Assembly: GCA_016715815.1 (NCBI GenBank)
Contig: JADJXN010000001.1
Span: forward strand, 259,678 to 323,677
Reading direction: 5' to 3'
DNA: 64,000 nt
Source of the DNA: Oligoflexia bacterium
GTDB taxonomy: Bacteria > Bdellovibrionota > Bdellovibrionia > JABDDW01
A model generated the notes under the pieces. The model worked only from the letters and a program-made list of their open reading frames with translations, was not told the DNA's origin and did no database searches. The position numbers and the translations under genes are program-made. Below are positions 1 to 17,153 of the stretch, in pieces (the stretch's first letter is position 1; every line of letters begins with the position of its first letter).

Positions 1-3000
1 ATTATAAATGGAACTGAGCGTGTTGTTGTAAGTCAACTTCATAGATCTCCTGGTGTCTTTTTTGATCACGATAGTGGAAAAAGTCACTCAAGTGGAAAAC
101 TGATCTACTCAGCCCGTGTTATTCCTTATCGTGGGTCATGGCTTGATTTTGAATTTGACCACAAAGACTTACTTTATTGCCGAATCGACAGAAGAAGAAA
201 GCTTCCCGCAACCGTACTTCTTAAAGCATTAGGTTATAGCACTGAAGAGCTTTTAGAAATGTATTACAACGTTGAAAGTGTCACCATTGATAAAGAAGGT
301 TATCAGCGAGTAGTTGATACCGAAATGCTTCTGGGCCAAAGAGCAACATCAGACATTGTTGACTCTAAATCAGAAGAAGTGTTGGTTAAAAAGGGTCGTC
401 GTATTACAAAGGCAATTATTAAAAGAATGCAGGAGCTAAAGCTTAAAAAGTACTACATTACTGAAGCAGATCTTGAAGGTAAAGTAGTAGCCAAAGCGAT
501 TGTAGAACCAAAATCTGGCGAAATTATTGCTGACACAAACTCTGATTTAACAAAGGATCTTTTAAGAAAAATTAAAGCTGCAGGCATTAAAGAAATGAAA
601 CTTATTTTCTTTGATGGTTTAGCAGTTGGTCCTTATTTAAGAAATACTTTGTTAATTGACAAAGTTATATCCAAAGAAGAATCAATTATTGAGATATACA
701 AACGTCTACGCCCAGGGGAACCACCCACCATTGATTCTGCTTCTTCATTTTTTGAGGGATTATTTTTTGTAGCTGAAAAATATGATCTTTCAAAAGTAGG
801 ACGTTTAAAAATTAATCACAAATTTAACTTTAATCCTGAGGAAATTCCTTATGATTTAACAACATTAACTAAAAAAGATATTGTTCATGTTGTTAAGCAC
901 CTTATTGATCTAAAAAGCGGTAAAGGCCAAGTGGATGATATTGACCATCTTGGTAACCGACGAGTGAGATCAGTGGGTGAGTTACTAGAAAACCAATATC
1001 GTATTGGACTAGTAAGAATGGAAAGAGCTATTCGTGAAAGAATGAGCCTACAAGACCTTGAAACCATGATGCCCCATGATTTAGTAAATGCTAAACCTGT
1101 GAGTGCTGTTGTTAAGGAATTTTTTGGTTCAAGTCAACTTTCACAGTTTATGGACCAAACAAATCCATTGTCAGAAATTACACATAAACGTCGTTTATCT
1201 GCGCTTGGGCCCGGTGGTTTAACAAGAGACCGTGCGGGTTTTGAAGTGCGTGACGTACATCCAACGCATTATGGACGTATTTGTCCTATTGAAACACCAG
1301 AGGGACCAAACATTGGTTTGATTGCCTCACTTTCAACTTATGCACGTATTAATGATTATGGTTTTATTGAAACACCATACAGAAAAATTGAAGACGGAAA
1401 ACTTTCCACATCTATTAATTACTACTCTGCTCTTGAAGAAGAGGGGAATTATATTGCACAGGCAAACATTAACGTGAGCGGAAACGCCATTGCCGATAGT
1501 GCAACAACTTGCCGTATTAATGGTGAGTATGAAACTGTGGATAAAGATAAAGTCAATCTTATGGACGTATCTCCTAATCAGTTGGTGTCTATTGCAGCCT
1601 CATTAATTCCATTTTTGGAGCATGATGATGCTAACCGAGCGCTGATGGGTTCAAACATGCAGCGCCAAGCTGTACCACTTATGAAAACAAGAGCTCCTCT
1701 TGTAGGAACTGGTATTGAAAAGCTAGTTGCAAGAGACTCGGGTACAAGTGTTGTTGCTATTCATGATGGTGTTGTTGATAGTGTTGATGCTGGTAGAATT
1801 GTTGTAAGACGTTACGCAAAAGGCGGAGAGCTTGGCGCAAACGTCGATATTTATAACTTAACTAAGTATCAGCGTAGTAACCAAAACACCTGTATAAACC
1901 AAAAGCCAATTGTTCAAGTGGGTGACAGGATTAGAAAGAATGATATTATTGCTGACGGTCCAGCAACTGAGCTTGGTGAATTAGCCCTTGGAGCAAATGC
2001 GCTTGTGGCCTTCATGCCATGGAATGGTTATAACTTTGAGGACTCTATCCTTATTAGTGAAAGGCTTATCCAAGATGATACTTTTACCTCGATTCATATT
2101 GAAGAGTTTGAATGTATTGCGCGTGATACAAAACTTGGTAAAGAGGAAATCACAAGAGATATTCCAAACGTAGGTGAGGAAGCTCTTAAGGATTTAGATT
2201 CCTCAGGTATTATTCGCATCGGTGCTGAAGTTAAGCCTGGTGATATCCTTGTTGGTAAAGTAACGCCAAAAGGTGAAACCCAATTAAGTCCGGAAGAAAA
2301 GCTCTTAAGAGCTATCTTTGGTGAAAAAGCAGGCGATGTAAGAGATACCTCTTTACGTGTACCTTCAGGAGTAACTGGGACCATCATTAACGCTCAAGTT
2401 TATTCTCGAGAAAGCTCAGATAAAGATGAGCGAATGACCATTATTATCGAAGAAAAACTTAAGAAAATTCAGAAAGACCAACAAGTTGAAATTAACGTCA
2501 TAAGAAATAATGCTCTTGATAAGTTAAAATCAATCCTAGTTGGGGCTAAAACAACAGGTGTTTTGTTAAGTGAAGACGGAAGTCAAAAGCTACTAGCAAA
2601 AGCCCAAGTTATTACTGAGGACGATCTTGAGTCTATCCCATTTGAACTTTTAAGTTACATTCCATTAAGTAGTGAGCTTGAATTTCAAGTAACAAAAATG
2701 GTGGATTCAGCGCGTAACCAAATTGATGCTGTTAAACTTATTTTCCAAGATAAGGTTGATAGACTTAAAAAAGGTGATGAGTTACCCCCTGGTGTTATTA
2801 AGATGGTTAAAGTTTATGTTGCTATTAAACGTAAACTTCAAGTGGGCGATAAAATGGCCGGCCGTCATGGTAACAAAGGTGTTATTTCTAAAATAGTTCC
2901 AGTAGAAGACATGCCCTACATGGCAGACGGAACCCCAGTTGACATGGTTTTAAACCCACTAGGCGTTCCTTCTCGTATGAACATCGGACAAATCTTAGAG

Positions 3001-3747
3001 GTTCATTTGGGTTGGGCAGCTCATAATCTTGGAAAACAAATTCAAGACTACTTAAAAGACTGGGATAAAGAAGCTGTTCAAAAGCAACTTAAAGATATTT
3101 ATAGCTCAAAAGAAACAGATAAAATTATTGATGAAGCAGATGAGATGTCACTAAGAAAAATGTTATCCACTTTAAAAGGTGGTTTTCATATGGCCTCTCC
3201 TGTTTTTGACGGTGCTGGTGAAAAGGAAATTAAAAAACTTCTTACCGATGCAGGTCTTCCAACAACAGGACAAACAATTTTATTTGATGGTAAAACTGGC
3301 GAGCCATTTGAGAATAAAGTGACCGTTGGTGTTATGTACATGTTAAAGCTTCATCATCTTGTTGAAGAAAAAATCCATGCACGTAGCATTGGTCCCTATT
3401 CACTTGTTTCACAACAGCCATTGGGCGGTAAGGCCCAGTTTGGTGGTCAGAGATTGGGAGAGATGGAGGTTTGGGCAATTGAAGCTTATGGAGCAGCCTA
3501 CTCACTTCAAGAATTCCTTACAGTTAAATCTGACGATGTGGCAGGAAGAACAAGAATTTATGAAAGCATCGTGAAGGGTGAAAACATACTTGAACCCGGA
3601 TTGCCTGAATCCTTTAACGTTTTGGTTAAAGAGCTTCAAAGCTTAGCACTTAACGTGGAATTGCTTGAAGACAATAAGTTAAGCACTGAGATGCAAGAGC
3701 ATCACTCAGAGGCAAATGGTAACGGTGCAGTAAACGAGAATAATTAG
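1..3747 (+). CDS. rpoB: DNA-directed RNA polymerase beta subunit, 5' partial (the ORF is open from base 1)
   Basis: Frame 1 translates from base 1 ([27 protein letters not shown]...) and is collinear with E. coli RpoB. Conserved motifs include GEMEVWA and NIGQILE. Stop at 3745-3747. Confidence 0.97.
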   Translation: MINGTERVVVSQLHRSPGVFFDHDSGKSHSSGKLIYSARVIPYRGSWLDFEFDHKDLLYCRIDRRRKLPATVLLKALGYSTEELLEMYYNVESVTIDKEGYQRVVDTEMLLGQRATSDIVDSKSEEVLVKKGRRITKAIIKRMQELKLKKYYITEADLEGKVVAKAIVEPKSGEIIADTNSDLTKDLLRKIKAAGIKEMKLIFFDGLAVGPYLRNTLLIDKVISKEESIIEIYKRLRPGEPPTIDSASSFFEGLFFVAEKYDLSKVGRLKINHKFNFNPEEIPYDLTTLTKKDIVHVVKHLIDLKSGKGQVDDIDHLGNRRVRSVGELLENQYRIGLVRMERAIRERMSLQDLETMMPHDLVNAKPVSAVVKEFFGSSQLSQFMDQTNPLSEITHKRRLSALGPGGLTRDRAGFEVRDVHPTHYGRICPIETPEGPNIGLIASLSTYARINDYGFIETPYRKIEDGKLSTSINYYSALEEEGNYIAQANINVSGNAIADSATTCRINGEYETVDKDKVNLMDVSPNQLVSIAASLIPFLEHDDANRALMGSNMQRQAVPLMKTRAPLVGTGIEKLVARDSGTSVVAIHDGVVDSVDAGRIVVRRYAKGGELGANVDIYNLTKYQRSNQNTCINQKPIVQVGDRIRKNDIIADGPATELGELALGANALVAFMPWNGYNFEDSILISERLIQDDTFTSIHIEEFECIARDTKLGKEEITRDIPNVGEEALKDLDSSGIIRIGAEVKPGDILVGKVTPKGETQLSPEEKLLRAIFGEKAGDVRDTSLRVPSGVTGTIINAQVYSRESSDKDERMTIIIEEKLKKIQKDQQVEINVIRNNALDKLKSILVGAKTTGVLLSEDGSQKLLAKAQVITEDDLESIPFELLSYIPLSSELEFQVTKMVDSARNQIDAVKLIFQDKVDRLKKGDELPPGVIKMVKVYVAIKRKLQVGDKMAGRHGNKGVISKIVPVEDMPYMADGTPVDMVLNPLGVPSRMNIGQILEVHLGWAAHNLGKQIQDYLKDWDKEAVQKQLKDIYSSKETDKIIDEADEMSLRKMLSTLKGGFHMASPVFDGAGEKEIKKLLTDAGLPTTGQTILFDGKTGEPFENKVTVGVMYMLKLHHLVEEKIHARSIGPYSLVSQQPLGGKAQFGGQRLGEMEVWAIEAYGAAYSLQEFLTVKSDDVAGRTRIYESIVKGENILEPGLPESFNVLVKELQSLALNVELLEDNKLSTEMQEHHSEANGNGAVNENN

Positions 3748-3763
3748 ATAAAGGTTAAAGTAA

Positions 3764-7914
<4,151 letters not shown>

Positions 7915-7918
7915 GTAC

Positions 7919-7946
7919 TTGACGATTTGATAAAAAAAACTATACT
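7919..7946 (+). promoter_or_regulatory. sigma70-like promoter, TTGACG-16nt-TATACT, upstream of rpsL
   Basis: TTGACG at 7919-7924 and TATACT at 7941-7946. It lies in the 57-nt rpoC-rpsL gap, followed by an AAGGA RBS and the ATG at 7972. Confidence 0.5.
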
Positions 7947-7971
7947 GCGGGCTTTGTGAAAGGATTAGAGA

Positions 7972-8358
7972 ATGCCAACAATTAACCAATTGATACGCCG
8001 TGAAAGGCAGATTCAAAAACGAAAAACAGCGTCTCCGGCGCTGCAGTGTTCACCTCAGAAAAGGGGTGTGTGTGTGAGGGTTTATACAACTACCCCCAAA
8101 AAGCCAAACTCAGCACTAAGAAAAGTTGCCAGAGTTAGGTTATCAAACGGGTATGAGGTTACATCTTACATTCCAGGTGTTGGGCATAATCTACAAGAGC
8201 ACAGCGTTGTACTTATTCGTGGTGGCCGTGTTAAGGATTTACCAGGTGTAAGATATCACATTGTGCGTGGAACTCTTGATACACAAGGTGTATCAGATAG
8301 AAAAAATGCACGTTCTAAATATGGTACAAAAAGGCCTAAGGCTCAAGCGGCTACATAA
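7972..8358 (+). CDS. rpsL: 30S ribosomal protein S12
   Basis: [31 protein letters not shown]...VRYHIVRG matches S12 very closely. Confidence 0.97.
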   Translation: MPTINQLIRRERQIQKRKTASPALQCSPQKRGVCVRVYTTTPKKPNSALRKVARVRLSNGYEVTSYIPGVGHNLQEHSVVLIRGGRVKDLPGVRYHIVRGTLDTQGVSDRKNARSKYGTKRPKAQAAT

Positions 8359-8369
8359 GGGAGTAATAA

Positions 8370-8849
<480 letters not shown>

Positions 8850-8855
8850 TGCAAT

Positions 8856-10961
8856 ATGGCCAGCGCCAATATTGAAGTTCCTCAAAAAACTGAGGATCTT
8901 GTTAGTACGAGAAATATTGGTATCATGGCACATATTGATGCCGGAAAAACCACAACCACTGAGAGAATTCTTTATTACACAGGTGTAAATTATAAAATTG
9001 GAGAAGTTCATGATGGCGCAGCCACAATGGACTGGATGCCTCAGGAGCAAGAGCGAGGAATTACAATTACCTCTGCAGCTACAACCTGTGCTTGGAAAAG
9101 CCATCGTATTAATATCATCGATACTCCGGGTCACGTAGATTTTACTATTGAGGTTGAAAGATCTCTTAGAGTGCTTGACGGAGCCGTTTGTGTTTTTGAT
9201 GCGGTCAATGGAGTTGAGCCACAATCAGAAACTGTTTGGCGGCAAGCTGACAAATATAAAGTTCCACGAATTGCATTTATAAATAAAATGGATCGAGTCG
9301 GTTCTGATTTTGCCATGAGTTGGAACTCTATTAGAGAGCGACTAAGTGCCAATCCCATTCCTATTCAAATCCCCCTTGGAAGCGAAGATCAATTTTCTGG
9401 AATTATTGATCTTATTGAAATGAAGTCTGCGACTTGGAGAGAAGATGATTTAGGGGCAAAATTTGTAGTATCAGAAATTCCTGAGCAGTACCGAGATGAA
9501 GCTCAGAAAATGAGAGATTTTCTAATCGAAAAGGTAGCTGAACTTGATGATGAATTAATGGAAAAATATTTAGAGGGAAAGCCTTTTACGAGCACTGAAA
9601 TTAAAAAAGCTTTGAGAAAGGGATGTATAAATTTAAAAGGTGTGCCTGTTATTTGCGGTGCGGCCTTTAAAAATAAAGGGGTTCAGCAACTTTTGGATGC
9701 AGTAGTGGATTATTTGCCAAGCCCACTTGATATACCCGATGTTGTTGGTTTTGATGTTGATAATAAATCAAAAAACTTAACTAGAAAAACTGACTTTAAT
9801 GCTCCTTTTAGTGCTCTTGCTTTTAAAATTGTGACAGATCCTTTTGTGGGTGTCCTAACGTATTTAAGAGTTTATTCAGGAGTCTTAAATGCCGGAAGTT
9901 ACGTGCATAATTCAAGTAAAGATAAGAACGAGCGAGTTGGGCGTTTACTTCGAATGCATGCCAATCAAAGAGAGGATATTAAAGAAATTAAAGCTGGAGA
10001 TATTGCCGCTGCAGTAGGCCTTAAGCACACAATTACGGGGGATACTTTATGTGATAAGGATCACCCTATACTTTTAGAGTCCATTCAATTTCCACAGCCA
10101 GTAATAAGTGTAGCAATTGAGGCTAAAACAACCGCTGATCAAGAAAAAATGGCGCTAAGCCTCCAAAAACTGGCAACGGAGGACCCCTCATTTAGGGTTA
10201 AAGTTGATGAAGAGACAGGGCAAACCCTAATTTCTGGCATGGGTGAGCTTCATCTTGAAATTATTGTAGATAGAATGCTTCGAGAGTTCAAAGTTCAAGC
10301 AAATGTAGGTAAGCCCCAGGTCGCATATAGGGAAACTATTACAAAAAAAGTGAAATCTGAAGGAAAGTTCATCAGACAATCTGGCGGTAAGGGGCAATAT
10401 GGGCACTGTGTTTTGGAAGTTGAACCCAATGCTTCGGGAAAAGGTTACCAATTTACTAACCAAATTAGTGGTGGGGCGATACCCAAGGAATACATCCCGG
10501 CTATAGATAAAGGAATAAAAGAGGCTTGTGAGAACGGAGTGCTTGCAGGATACCCCGTAGTTGATGTAAAAGTAACCCTCACTGACGGAAGTTATCACGA
10601 AGTTGACTCTTCTGAGATGGCCTTCAAAATAGCTGGTTCCATGGGATTTAAAGATGGATGCAAGCAAGCATCCCCTGTTTTATTGGAACCAATTATGAAA
10701 TTAGAAGTGCTCACACCAGAAGAATTTATGGGCAACGTAATTGGTGATTTAAATTCTCGTCGTGGAAAGATTTTAAATATGACTGCAAGAGGAACAACGC
10801 AGGTAATAGCTGCAGAAGCTCCTCTTGCACAAATGTTTGGGTACGCGACAGATTTACGTTCGATGTCGCAAGGGCGTGCAAGCTATTCGATGGAGTTTCA
10901 TCGATACGCGCATGTACCAAAAAATGTTGAAGAAGAAATTTTAGCTAGAGCAAAAAGTTAA
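8856..10961 (+). CDS. fusA: elongation factor G
   Basis: 701 aa. G-domain [20 protein letters not shown] and NKMD are present and it is collinear with EF-G. Confidence 0.97.
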   Translation: MASANIEVPQKTEDLVSTRNIGIMAHIDAGKTTTTERILYYTGVNYKIGEVHDGAATMDWMPQEQERGITITSAATTCAWKSHRINIIDTPGHVDFTIEVERSLRVLDGAVCVFDAVNGVEPQSETVWRQADKYKVPRIAFINKMDRVGSDFAMSWNSIRERLSANPIPIQIPLGSEDQFSGIIDLIEMKSATWREDDLGAKFVVSEIPEQYRDEAQKMRDFLIEKVAELDDELMEKYLEGKPFTSTEIKKALRKGCINLKGVPVICGAAFKNKGVQQLLDAVVDYLPSPLDIPDVVGFDVDNKSKNLTRKTDFNAPFSALAFKIVTDPFVGVLTYLRVYSGVLNAGSYVHNSSKDKNERVGRLLRMHANQREDIKEIKAGDIAAAVGLKHTITGDTLCDKDHPILLESIQFPQPVISVAIEAKTTADQEKMALSLQKLATEDPSFRVKVDEETGQTLISGMGELHLEIIVDRMLREFKVQANVGKPQVAYRETITKKVKSEGKFIRQSGGKGQYGHCVLEVEPNASGKGYQFTNQISGGAIPKEYIPAIDKGIKEACENGVLAGYPVVDVKVTLTDGSYHEVDSSEMAFKIAGSMGFKDGCKQASPVLLEPIMKLEVLTPEEFMGNVIGDLNSRRGKILNMTARGTTQVIAAEAPLAQMFGYATDLRSMSQGRASYSMEFHRYAHVPKNVEEEILARAKS

Positions 10962-10976
10962 AAGGAGAGAGAGAAA

Positions 10977-12168
10977 ATGTCTAAAGAGAAATTTGAGCGA
11001 AAAAAGCCACATTGTAACATTGGAACAATCGGACACGTAGACCACGGAAAGACAACGTTGACAGCAGCGATCACAAAGGTGTTAGCGGAAAAAGGTGGAG
11101 CTCAGTTTTTAGCGTACGACCAAATTGATAAGGCGCCTGAGGAGAGAGAGCGTGGTATTACAATATCAACAGCACACGTAGAGTACGAGACAGCAAATAG
11201 ACATTACGCCCATGTGGATTGTCCAGGACACGCTGACTATGTAAAGAACATGATTACCGGTGCAGCGCAGATGGACGGAGCAATATTAGTTGTGAGTGCA
11301 GCAGATGGTCCAATGCCTCAAACAAGAGAGCATATTTTGTTGGCAAGACAAGTTGGAGTGCCAGCGCTTGTAGTATTTATGAATAAAGCGGACATGGTAG
11401 ATGATAAAGAATTAATGGACTTAGTAGAGTTAGAGGTAAGGGAGTTACTATCTAAGTATGAATTTCCTGGAGATAAGATACCAATCGTAAAAAGGTTCAG
11501 CGTTAAAGGCCCTTGAAGGAGACAAAGGGGATTTAGGAGCTGGAGCGATAATGAAGTTAATGGAAGCAGTAGATACATATATACCTCAACCTGTAAGACA
11601 AAAAGATAAGCCATTTTTAATGCCTGTAGAGGATGTGTTTTCAATATCTGGCCGTGGAACAGTAGTAACAGGGCGAGTTGAGAGAGGCGTTATAAAGGTA
11701 AACGAAGAGGTAGAGATAGTAGGAATAAGACCTACGACAAAGACAGTAGTGACCGGAGTTGAGATGTTTAGAAAGCTTCTTGATCAAGGAGAAGCAGGAG
11801 ATAACATTGGGGCACTGTTAAGAGGAACAAAGAAGGAAGAAGTGGAGCGTGGGCAGGTGTTATGTGCCCCAGGAAGTATTAAGCCACATAAGAAGTTTAA
11901 GGCGGAAGCGTACATACTTACAAAAGAGGAAGGTGGACGTCACACTCCGTTTTTTAACGGATATCGTCCGCAGTTTTACTTTAGAACGACAGATGTTACC
12001 GGAGTTGTGACCTTAAAAGAGGGAACAGAGATGGTAATGCCGGGAGATAGGGTATCAGTGTCAGTGGAATTGATAACCCCAGTAGCGATGGAGAAGGAAT
12101 TAAGATTTGCGATAAGAGAGGGTGGCAAGACCGTAGGAGCTGGTGTTGTTGCTGAAATTAGTGAGTAA
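10977..12168 (+). CDS. tuf: elongation factor Tu, with an apparent +1 A insertion in the A5 run at 11489-11493
   Basis: Split into 10977..11516 and 11551..12168. Removing one A gives [35 protein letters not shown], which is canonical EF-Tu. [17 protein letters not shown] and NKAD are present. The RBS is AAGGAGAGAGAG. Confidence 0.9.
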
Positions 12169-12185
12169 AAGAAGGTAATAATAAA

Positions 12186-12503
12186 ATGCAAAGTCAAAAA
12201 ATTAGAATTAGATTAAGAGCTTTTGATTACAAACTCCTTGACCAATCAACAAAAGAGATTGTTGAAACTGCAAAAAGAACAGGGGCTAGAATTGCTGGTC
12301 CTATTCCATTGCCAACAATGATTAACAGATACACTGTTTTGAGATCCCCCCATGTTGATAAAAAATCAAGAGAGCAGTTTGAAATTAGAACACATAAGAG
12401 ATTATTAGATATTTTGGAGCCAACTCAGCAAACAGTAGATCAATTAATGAAATTAGATCTATCTGCTGGAGTTGATGTTGAAATTAAGCTTTCAGTAATG
12501 TAA
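12186..12503 (+). CDS. rpsJ: 30S ribosomal protein S10
   Basis: [29 protein letters not shown]...PLPT matches S10. It starts 17 nt after the tuf stop. Confidence 0.96.
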   Translation: MQSQKIRIRLRAFDYKLLDQSTKEIVETAKRTGARIAGPIPLPTMINRYTVLRSPHVDKKSREQFEIRTHKRLLDILEPTQQTVDQLMKLDLSAGVDVEIKLSVM

Positions 12504-12516
12504 GGTGCATAGTTTT

Positions 12517-13170
12517 ATGAGCGAACAAAACACAAATACACAAGAAACTAAGTTAGAAGGTCTTTATGCATTTAAAGTGGGTATGACCCAGTTTATTGAC
12601 GATAAAGGTGAAATGCATCCATGCACAGTTTTAAAATATGAACCACTTGTGGTTTCTCAAGTTAAAACAATGGATAAAGATGGTTATTCTGCTGTTCAAG
12701 TAGCAGCAAAGCCTAAGAGAAAATCTAGAGCAAAGAAGGTTCAAACTGGCCATTTTAAAAAGGCAAACCTTCAAACCGGTGCTTATTTTGTTAATGAGAT
12801 TAAGTCAAAGGCAGATGGTCTACAATTAGGAGCTACAGTATCAATTAACAGTCTATCTAAAGGTGACATGGTAAAGGCTACTGCGGTATCAAAAGGAAAA
12901 GGCTTTGCTGGAGCTGTTAAGAGATGGAATTCCGGCGGAGGCCCTGGCTCTCACGGCTCTACCTTTCATAGACAACCCGGCTCCTCTGGTAACAGAACTT
13001 GGCCAGGAAGAATTATGAAGGGAAAGCATTTTCCAGGTCATCTTGGTGATGAAAAAGTAACAGTAAGAAACATAAAAGTATTAGATGTAATAGGTGAAGA
13101 TAATTTGGTGATTCTACGAGGCTGCGTTCCTGGTGGAAAAAATGCCCTTGTAAGACTACTAAAACAATAA
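12517..13170 (+). CDS. rplC: 50S ribosomal protein L3 (start uncertain; alternative GTG at 12505)
   Basis: FKVGMTQ...GKGFAG...GPGSHGS is the L3 signature. Confidence 0.9.
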   Translation: MSEQNTNTQETKLEGLYAFKVGMTQFIDDKGEMHPCTVLKYEPLVVSQVKTMDKDGYSAVQVAAKPKRKSRAKKVQTGHFKKANLQTGAYFVNEIKSKADGLQLGATVSINSLSKGDMVKATAVSKGKGFAGAVKRWNSGGGPGSHGSTFHRQPGSSGNRTWPGRIMKGKHFPGHLGDEKVTVRNIKVLDVIGEDNLVILRGCVPGGKNALVRLLKQ

Positions 13171-13181
13171 TGTGGTGAAAT

Positions 13182-13814
13182 ATGTTGAGTGTACCAGTTG
13201 TAAATTTTGAAAATAAAAAAATATCAAATATAGAAGTTCCAAAAGAGCTTTTTAACCATGAGCTACGCCCTGATCTTTTACAAACTGTTGTAAGATGGCA
13301 ATTGGCATGCAGAAGAGCAGGTACAGTGGCAACCAAAACAAAAGGTCTTGTAAGAGGCGGTGGTAAGAAGCCATTTAAACAAAAAGGAACAGGAAATGCT
13401 CGTCAAGGATCTTCAAGATCAATCTTAATGCCAGGTGGTGGAACAGCATTTGGTCCACAGCCAAGAGATTACAGCTATACACTTCAAAAGAAGGTAAAAA
13501 AGGCGGGATTAAGAGTGGCATTGAGTCTTTTATTTTCCCAAAATAAAGTTTGGGTTTTAGATAAAATTGACTCAGATGGAAAAACAAAAAAATTGAGTGA
13601 AAAATTAAAAGCGCTTGGTGTTACAAGTGCTGTTATTGTTGATGATTCCTCTAACCAAAAGTTGAAATTAGCGGCTAGAAATTTATATGACTTTAAATTT
13701 GTTTCCACTCAAGGTTTAAATGTATTTGATTTATTAAAATACGACGGCTGTGTTTTAACAAAAAATGCATTAATGCAAATTACAGAAAAATTAGGTGAGC
13801 ACAATGTCCAGTAA
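13182..13814 (+). CDS. rplD: 50S ribosomal protein L4
   Basis: Length and conserved position match L4. GGGKKPFKQKGTGNARQGS is an L4 motif. Confidence 0.93.
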   Translation: MLSVPVVNFENKKISNIEVPKELFNHELRPDLLQTVVRWQLACRRAGTVATKTKGLVRGGGKKPFKQKGTGNARQGSSRSILMPGGGTAFGPQPRDYSYTLQKKVKKAGLRVALSLLFSQNKVWVLDKIDSDGKTKKLSEKLKALGVTSAVIVDDSSNQKLKLAARNLYDFKFVSTQGLNVFDLLKYDGCVLTKNALMQITEKLGEHNVQ

Positions 13815-14094
13815 TTATACAGAAATTATTAGAAGACCTCTTGTAACTGAAAAAGGCAGCCAGCATTTAAAAGATAATGTTTATAGCTTTGAAGTTTTAT
13901 CTGAAGCATCAAAGGGACAGATTACAAAAGCTATTGAGGAAGTTTTTAAGGTTAAAGTTGATACAGTTAGAACAATTAATTCTAGAAAAAGAGCAAAAAG
14001 AGTCGGTCGCTTTTTAGGAAGCGTAACACATTATAAAAAAGCACTTGTGAAGCTAAAAGAAGGCCACAAGATTAAAATATTTGAGGGAGTATAA
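13804..14094 (+). CDS. rplW: 50S ribosomal protein L23 (ATG overlaps the rplD 3' end; alternative GTG at 13795)
   Basis: [12 protein letters not shown]...YSFEV...KV...VNT is L23-like. Synteny supports the call. Confidence 0.9.
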   Translation: MSSNYTEIIRRPLVTEKGSQHLKDNVYSFEVLSEASKGQITKAIEEVFKVKVDTVRTINSRKRAKRVGRFLGSVTHYKKALVKLKEGHKIKIFEGV

Positions 14095-14096
14095 AA

Positions 14097-14915
14097 ATGG
14101 GTATTAAAACATATAGACCCACTTCTGCATCAAGAAGGTACATTACAAATTCTGATTTTCAGGAAATTACAAAAGATACTCCTGAAAAATCTCTTTTAGC
14201 GCCACTTAGAAGAACAGGTGCGAGAAATAATTTTGGTCAAATTACTACCAGACACCATGGTGGTGGACATAAAAGGCAATATCGACTTGTTGATTTTATA
14301 AGATTAAAAAGAGAAGTACCTGCAAAAGTAATAGCTATTGAATATGATCCAAACAGAACAGCTCGAATTGCTTTGATTTGTTACAAAGATGGACAAAAAG
14401 CTTATATTATTGCGCCAGCTGGATTGGAAATTGGTCAGGAAATTATAGCAAGTCCCAAGGCAGATATTAAACCCGGGAATGCTTTACCACTTAATGCCAT
14501 TCCAATGGGTACAACAATTTATAATATTGAAATTAGACCGGGAAAGGGTGGTCAACTAGTAAGAAGTGCTGGCGCGATGGCTCAACTTGTTTCAAAAGAA
14601 GGTGAGTATTGCCAAGTTAAGCTTCCTAGTGGCGAGACAAGATATGTATTGGCTAATTGCTACGCTACTATTGGCCAAGTCGGAAATTTAGAACATGAGA
14701 ATATAACAATTGGTAAAGCTGGTAGACAAAGATGGTTGGGAATTAGACCAACTGTTCGTGGAACTGCTATGAACCCTGTTGATCACCCAATGGGTGGTGG
14801 AGAGGGCCGTGGAAAGGGTAATCACCCCATGACTCCATGGGCAGTTGCGTGTAAGGGATTTAAAACAAGAAATAATAAACGCACAAACAGATATATTGTA
14901 AAGAGAAGAAAATAG
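14097..14915 (+). CDS. rplB: 50S ribosomal protein L2
   Basis: 272 aa. GRNN.G.ITTRH.GGGHKR...MNPVDHP.GGGEG are L2 signatures. Confidence 0.97.
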   Translation: MGIKTYRPTSASRRYITNSDFQEITKDTPEKSLLAPLRRTGARNNFGQITTRHHGGGHKRQYRLVDFIRLKREVPAKVIAIEYDPNRTARIALICYKDGQKAYIIAPAGLEIGQEIIASPKADIKPGNALPLNAIPMGTTIYNIEIRPGKGGQLVRSAGAMAQLVSKEGEYCQVKLPSGETRYVLANCYATIGQVGNLEHENITIGKAGRQRWLGIRPTVRGTAMNPVDHPMGGGEGRGKGNHPMTPWAVACKGFKTRNNKRTNRYIVKRRK

Positions 14916-14925
14916 GAGCACAAAA

Positions 14926-15234
14926 GTGGCGCGTTCAATTAAAAAAGGACCTTTTATAGATCAACATTTGCTTTCAAAAATTACCAAGGCAAAAGACTCT
15001 AATGACCGCAAGGTTATTAAAACCTGGTCAAGACGTTCTACTATATTGCCAGAGGCAGTAGGGTTAACCTTTGCAGTTCATAATGGGAAAAAATTTGTTC
15101 CAGTTTATGTTACTGAAAATATGATTGGGCATAAGTTTGGTGAATTTGCTCCTACAAGACAATTTTATGGTCACACATCTGCTGAGAAAAAAGCAAAAGA
15201 AGCAACAGCTGCTGCTGGCGAAGGAGCGAAGTAA
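14926..15234 (+). CDS. rpsS: 30S ribosomal protein S19, with a short Lys/Ala-rich C-terminal extension
   Basis: GTG start after an AGGAG RBS. KKGPFID...[27 protein letters not shown] matches S19. Confidence 0.95.
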   Translation: MARSIKKGPFIDQHLLSKITKAKDSNDRKVIKTWSRRSTILPEAVGLTFAVHNGKKFVPVYVTENMIGHKFGEFAPTRQFYGHTSAEKKAKEATAAAGEGAK

Positions 15235-15566
15235 TGGAAGTTAAAGCAAAACTAAGATTTGCACGCATGGCACCTAGAAAATTAAGACTAGTTGCAGATT
15301 TGGTGCGAGGAAAAAATGTGAATGATGCTATGAAGGCTCTTGCGTTTTTGAATAAAAATGCAGCACCTGTTGTAAAGAAGTTAATTAAATCAGCAGTAGC
15401 AAATGCAGAACAAAAAAAGACAGTGGATGTTGATAATCTATTTGTAAAACACATTACTGTTGACCAAGGACCGACTATGAAGCGCTTTATGCCGCGGGCG
15501 CAAGGAAGAGCTTCTGAAATTAGAAAAAAAACAAGCCATATTAATGTAACATTGGCAGAAAAGTAA
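15234..15566 (+). CDS. rplV: 50S ribosomal protein L22
   Basis: [23 protein letters not shown] is the L22 N-terminus. Confidence 0.95.
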   Translation: MEVKAKLRFARMAPRKLRLVADLVRGKNVNDAMKALAFLNKNAAPVVKKLIKSAVANAEQKKTVDVDNLFVKHITVDQGPTMKRFMPRAQGRASEIRKKTSHINVTLAEK

Positions 15567-15582
15567 AAGGGAGAGGATCACT

Positions 15583-16251
15583 GTGGGACAAAAGGTTAAC
15601 CCTGTAGGATTTAGAATTGGAGTAAATAGAACTTGGGATTCTCGCTGGTATGCGAAGAAAAAAGATTATTCCTCATTTTTGCACGAAGACATTAAACTTC
15701 GTGATTTTTTAAAGAAAAAATTAAATCACGCAGGAGTGAGTAAAATTGAAATTGAAAGAGCTGCAGGAAAAGTAAAAATTAATATTTTTACTGCTCGTCC
15801 CGGAGTTGTTATTGGAAAAAAGGGAACAGGAATTGATAGTTTAAAAGCAGAAGTTCAAAAATTAACAAAGAGTGAAGTGTTTTTAAATATTCAAGAAGTT
15901 AGAAAAGCTGAGATGGATGCAACCCTTATTGCTGAGAGCATTGCTATGCAACTTGAGAAGAGAATCTCTTTTAGAAGAGCAATGAAAAAAGCTATTCAGA
16001 GCGGAATTAGATTGGGAGTTAAGGGAATTAAAGTGGCTGTTTCAGGAAGACTCGACGGTGCTGATATAGCAAGGCGTGAGTGGTATTGTGAAAAGAGTGT
16101 TCCTCTTCACACTTTAAGAGCAGACATTGACTATGGAACTGCAGAAGCACTTACTACTTATGGACTTATAGGTGTGAAGGCATGGGTTTATAAGGGAGAT
16201 ATTTTAAATAGTAGAGAAATTATGATGGAGGCACAACGTGCTAAGTCCTAA
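15583..16251 (+). CDS. rpsC: 30S ribosomal protein S3
   Basis: [11 protein letters not shown]...KH domain...[14 protein letters not shown] matches S3. Confidence 0.96.
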   Translation: MGQKVNPVGFRIGVNRTWDSRWYAKKKDYSSFLHEDIKLRDFLKKKLNHAGVSKIEIERAAGKVKINIFTARPGVVIGKKGTGIDSLKAEVQKLTKSEVFLNIQEVRKAEMDATLIAESIAMQLEKRISFRRAMKKAIQSGIRLGVKGIKVAVSGRLDGADIARREWYCEKSVPLHTLRADIDYGTAEALTTYGLIGVKAWVYKGDILNSREIMMEAQRAKS

Positions 16252-16645
16252 AAAAGTAAAATATAGAAAAAGACATAAAGGACGCTTAAGAGGAAAAGCC
16301 GCTCGGGGTAATGATTTATCCTACGGTGACTTTGCTCTTCAGGCAATGCAGCCAGGCTGGATTACAGCAAGACAGATTGAAGCAGCACGTATTGCTGTTT
16401 CACGTTTTATTAAGCGTGGTGGAAAGATCTGGATCAGAATATTTCCAGATAAATCAATTACTAAAAAGCCAGCCGAAACACGTATGGGTAGTGGAAAAGG
16501 AAACGTAGAGGAATGGGTGGCGGTAGTGCACCCAGGCAGAGTGCTTTATGAGATGGAAGGTGTAACAAAAGAAGTTGCTGATGAGGCCCTAAGACTTGCA
16601 TCCCATAAGCTTCCAATCAGAACAAGAATTATTTCAAGACACTGA
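16238..16645 (+). CDS. rplP: 50S ribosomal protein L16
   Basis: [17 protein letters not shown]...[12 protein letters not shown] matches L16. Confidence 0.96.
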   Translation: MLSPKKVKYRKRHKGRLRGKAARGNDLSYGDFALQAMQPGWITARQIEAARIAVSRFIKRGGKIWIRIFPDKSITKKPAETRMGSGKGNVEEWVAVVHPGRVLYEMEGVTKEVADEALRLASHKLPIRTRIISRH

Positions 16646-16655
16646 GGAAGAAGGA

Positions 16656-16844
16656 ATGAATAAAAAGGAACTTAAAGGTTTAAATAACAAAGAAATGCTT
16701 AAGAAAGCAGCTGATCTAAAAGAGGAATTATTTAACTTAAGGTTGCAAAATCTTTCTGGTTCTCTTGAAGATACAAGCAAAATTAAATCAACAAAAAAGA
16801 TGATCGCAAGATTAATGACTTTGGCAAAGGCTAAAGCAAACTAG
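16656..16844 (+). CDS. rpmC: 50S ribosomal protein L29
   Basis: 62 aa starting MNKKELKGLNNKEMLKKAADLKEELFNLRLQ. The ATG at 16656 follows a GAGGAAGAAGG RBS. The longer track ORF begins inside rplP. Confidence 0.9.
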   Translation: MNKKELKGLNNKEMLKKAADLKEELFNLRLQNLSGSLEDTSKIKSTKKMIARLMTLAKAKAN

Positions 16845-16861
16845 GTTGTAAAGAAGGATTT

Positions 16862-17146
16862 ATGGTAGAGCAAAAAAATATTCAAAGAAGCATTAGAAGA
16901 GAAAAAGTAGGTATTGTTGTAAGTGATAAAATGCACAAAACAATAACAGTAGCTGTTGCACGTAAGGCAATGCATTCAAAATACAAGAAATTTATTAACA
17001 AAACCAGCAAGTTTAAAGCTCATGACGAAAAGGAACAGGCTGGTATGGGAGATAAAGTTCTTATTTATGAAACAGCTCCCATAAGTAAAACAAAACGTTG
17101 GAAATTAGCAAAAATATTAGAAGTAGCTGATAGATCATTGGAGTAA
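16862..17146 (+). CDS. rpsQ: 30S ribosomal protein S17
   Basis: [21 protein letters not shown]...KYKKF...HDE...GD.V.I.E.RPISK..W matches S17. Confidence 0.95.
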   Translation: MVEQKNIQRSIRREKVGIVVSDKMHKTITVAVARKAMHSKYKKFINKTSKFKAHDEKEQAGMGDKVLIYETAPISKTKRWKLAKILEVADRSLE

Positions 17147-17153
17147 TAAATTT

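Noticed and set aside
885-2387. Antisense ORFs of 60-97 aa inside rpoB (885..1067-, 2094..2387-). Similar antisense or embedded ORFs lie inside rpoC, fusA, tuf, secY and other genes.
   Set aside because: They lie wholly inside strongly conserved genes on the opposite strand or in an alternative frame. They have low-complexity composition and no RBS. They are treated as spurious.
12505-12516. GTG at 12505 as the rplC start, directly abutting the rpsJ stop.
   Set aside because: The ATG at 12517 has better spacing from the AAGGTG Shine-Dalgarno sequence. Both are possible and the annotation notes the alternative.
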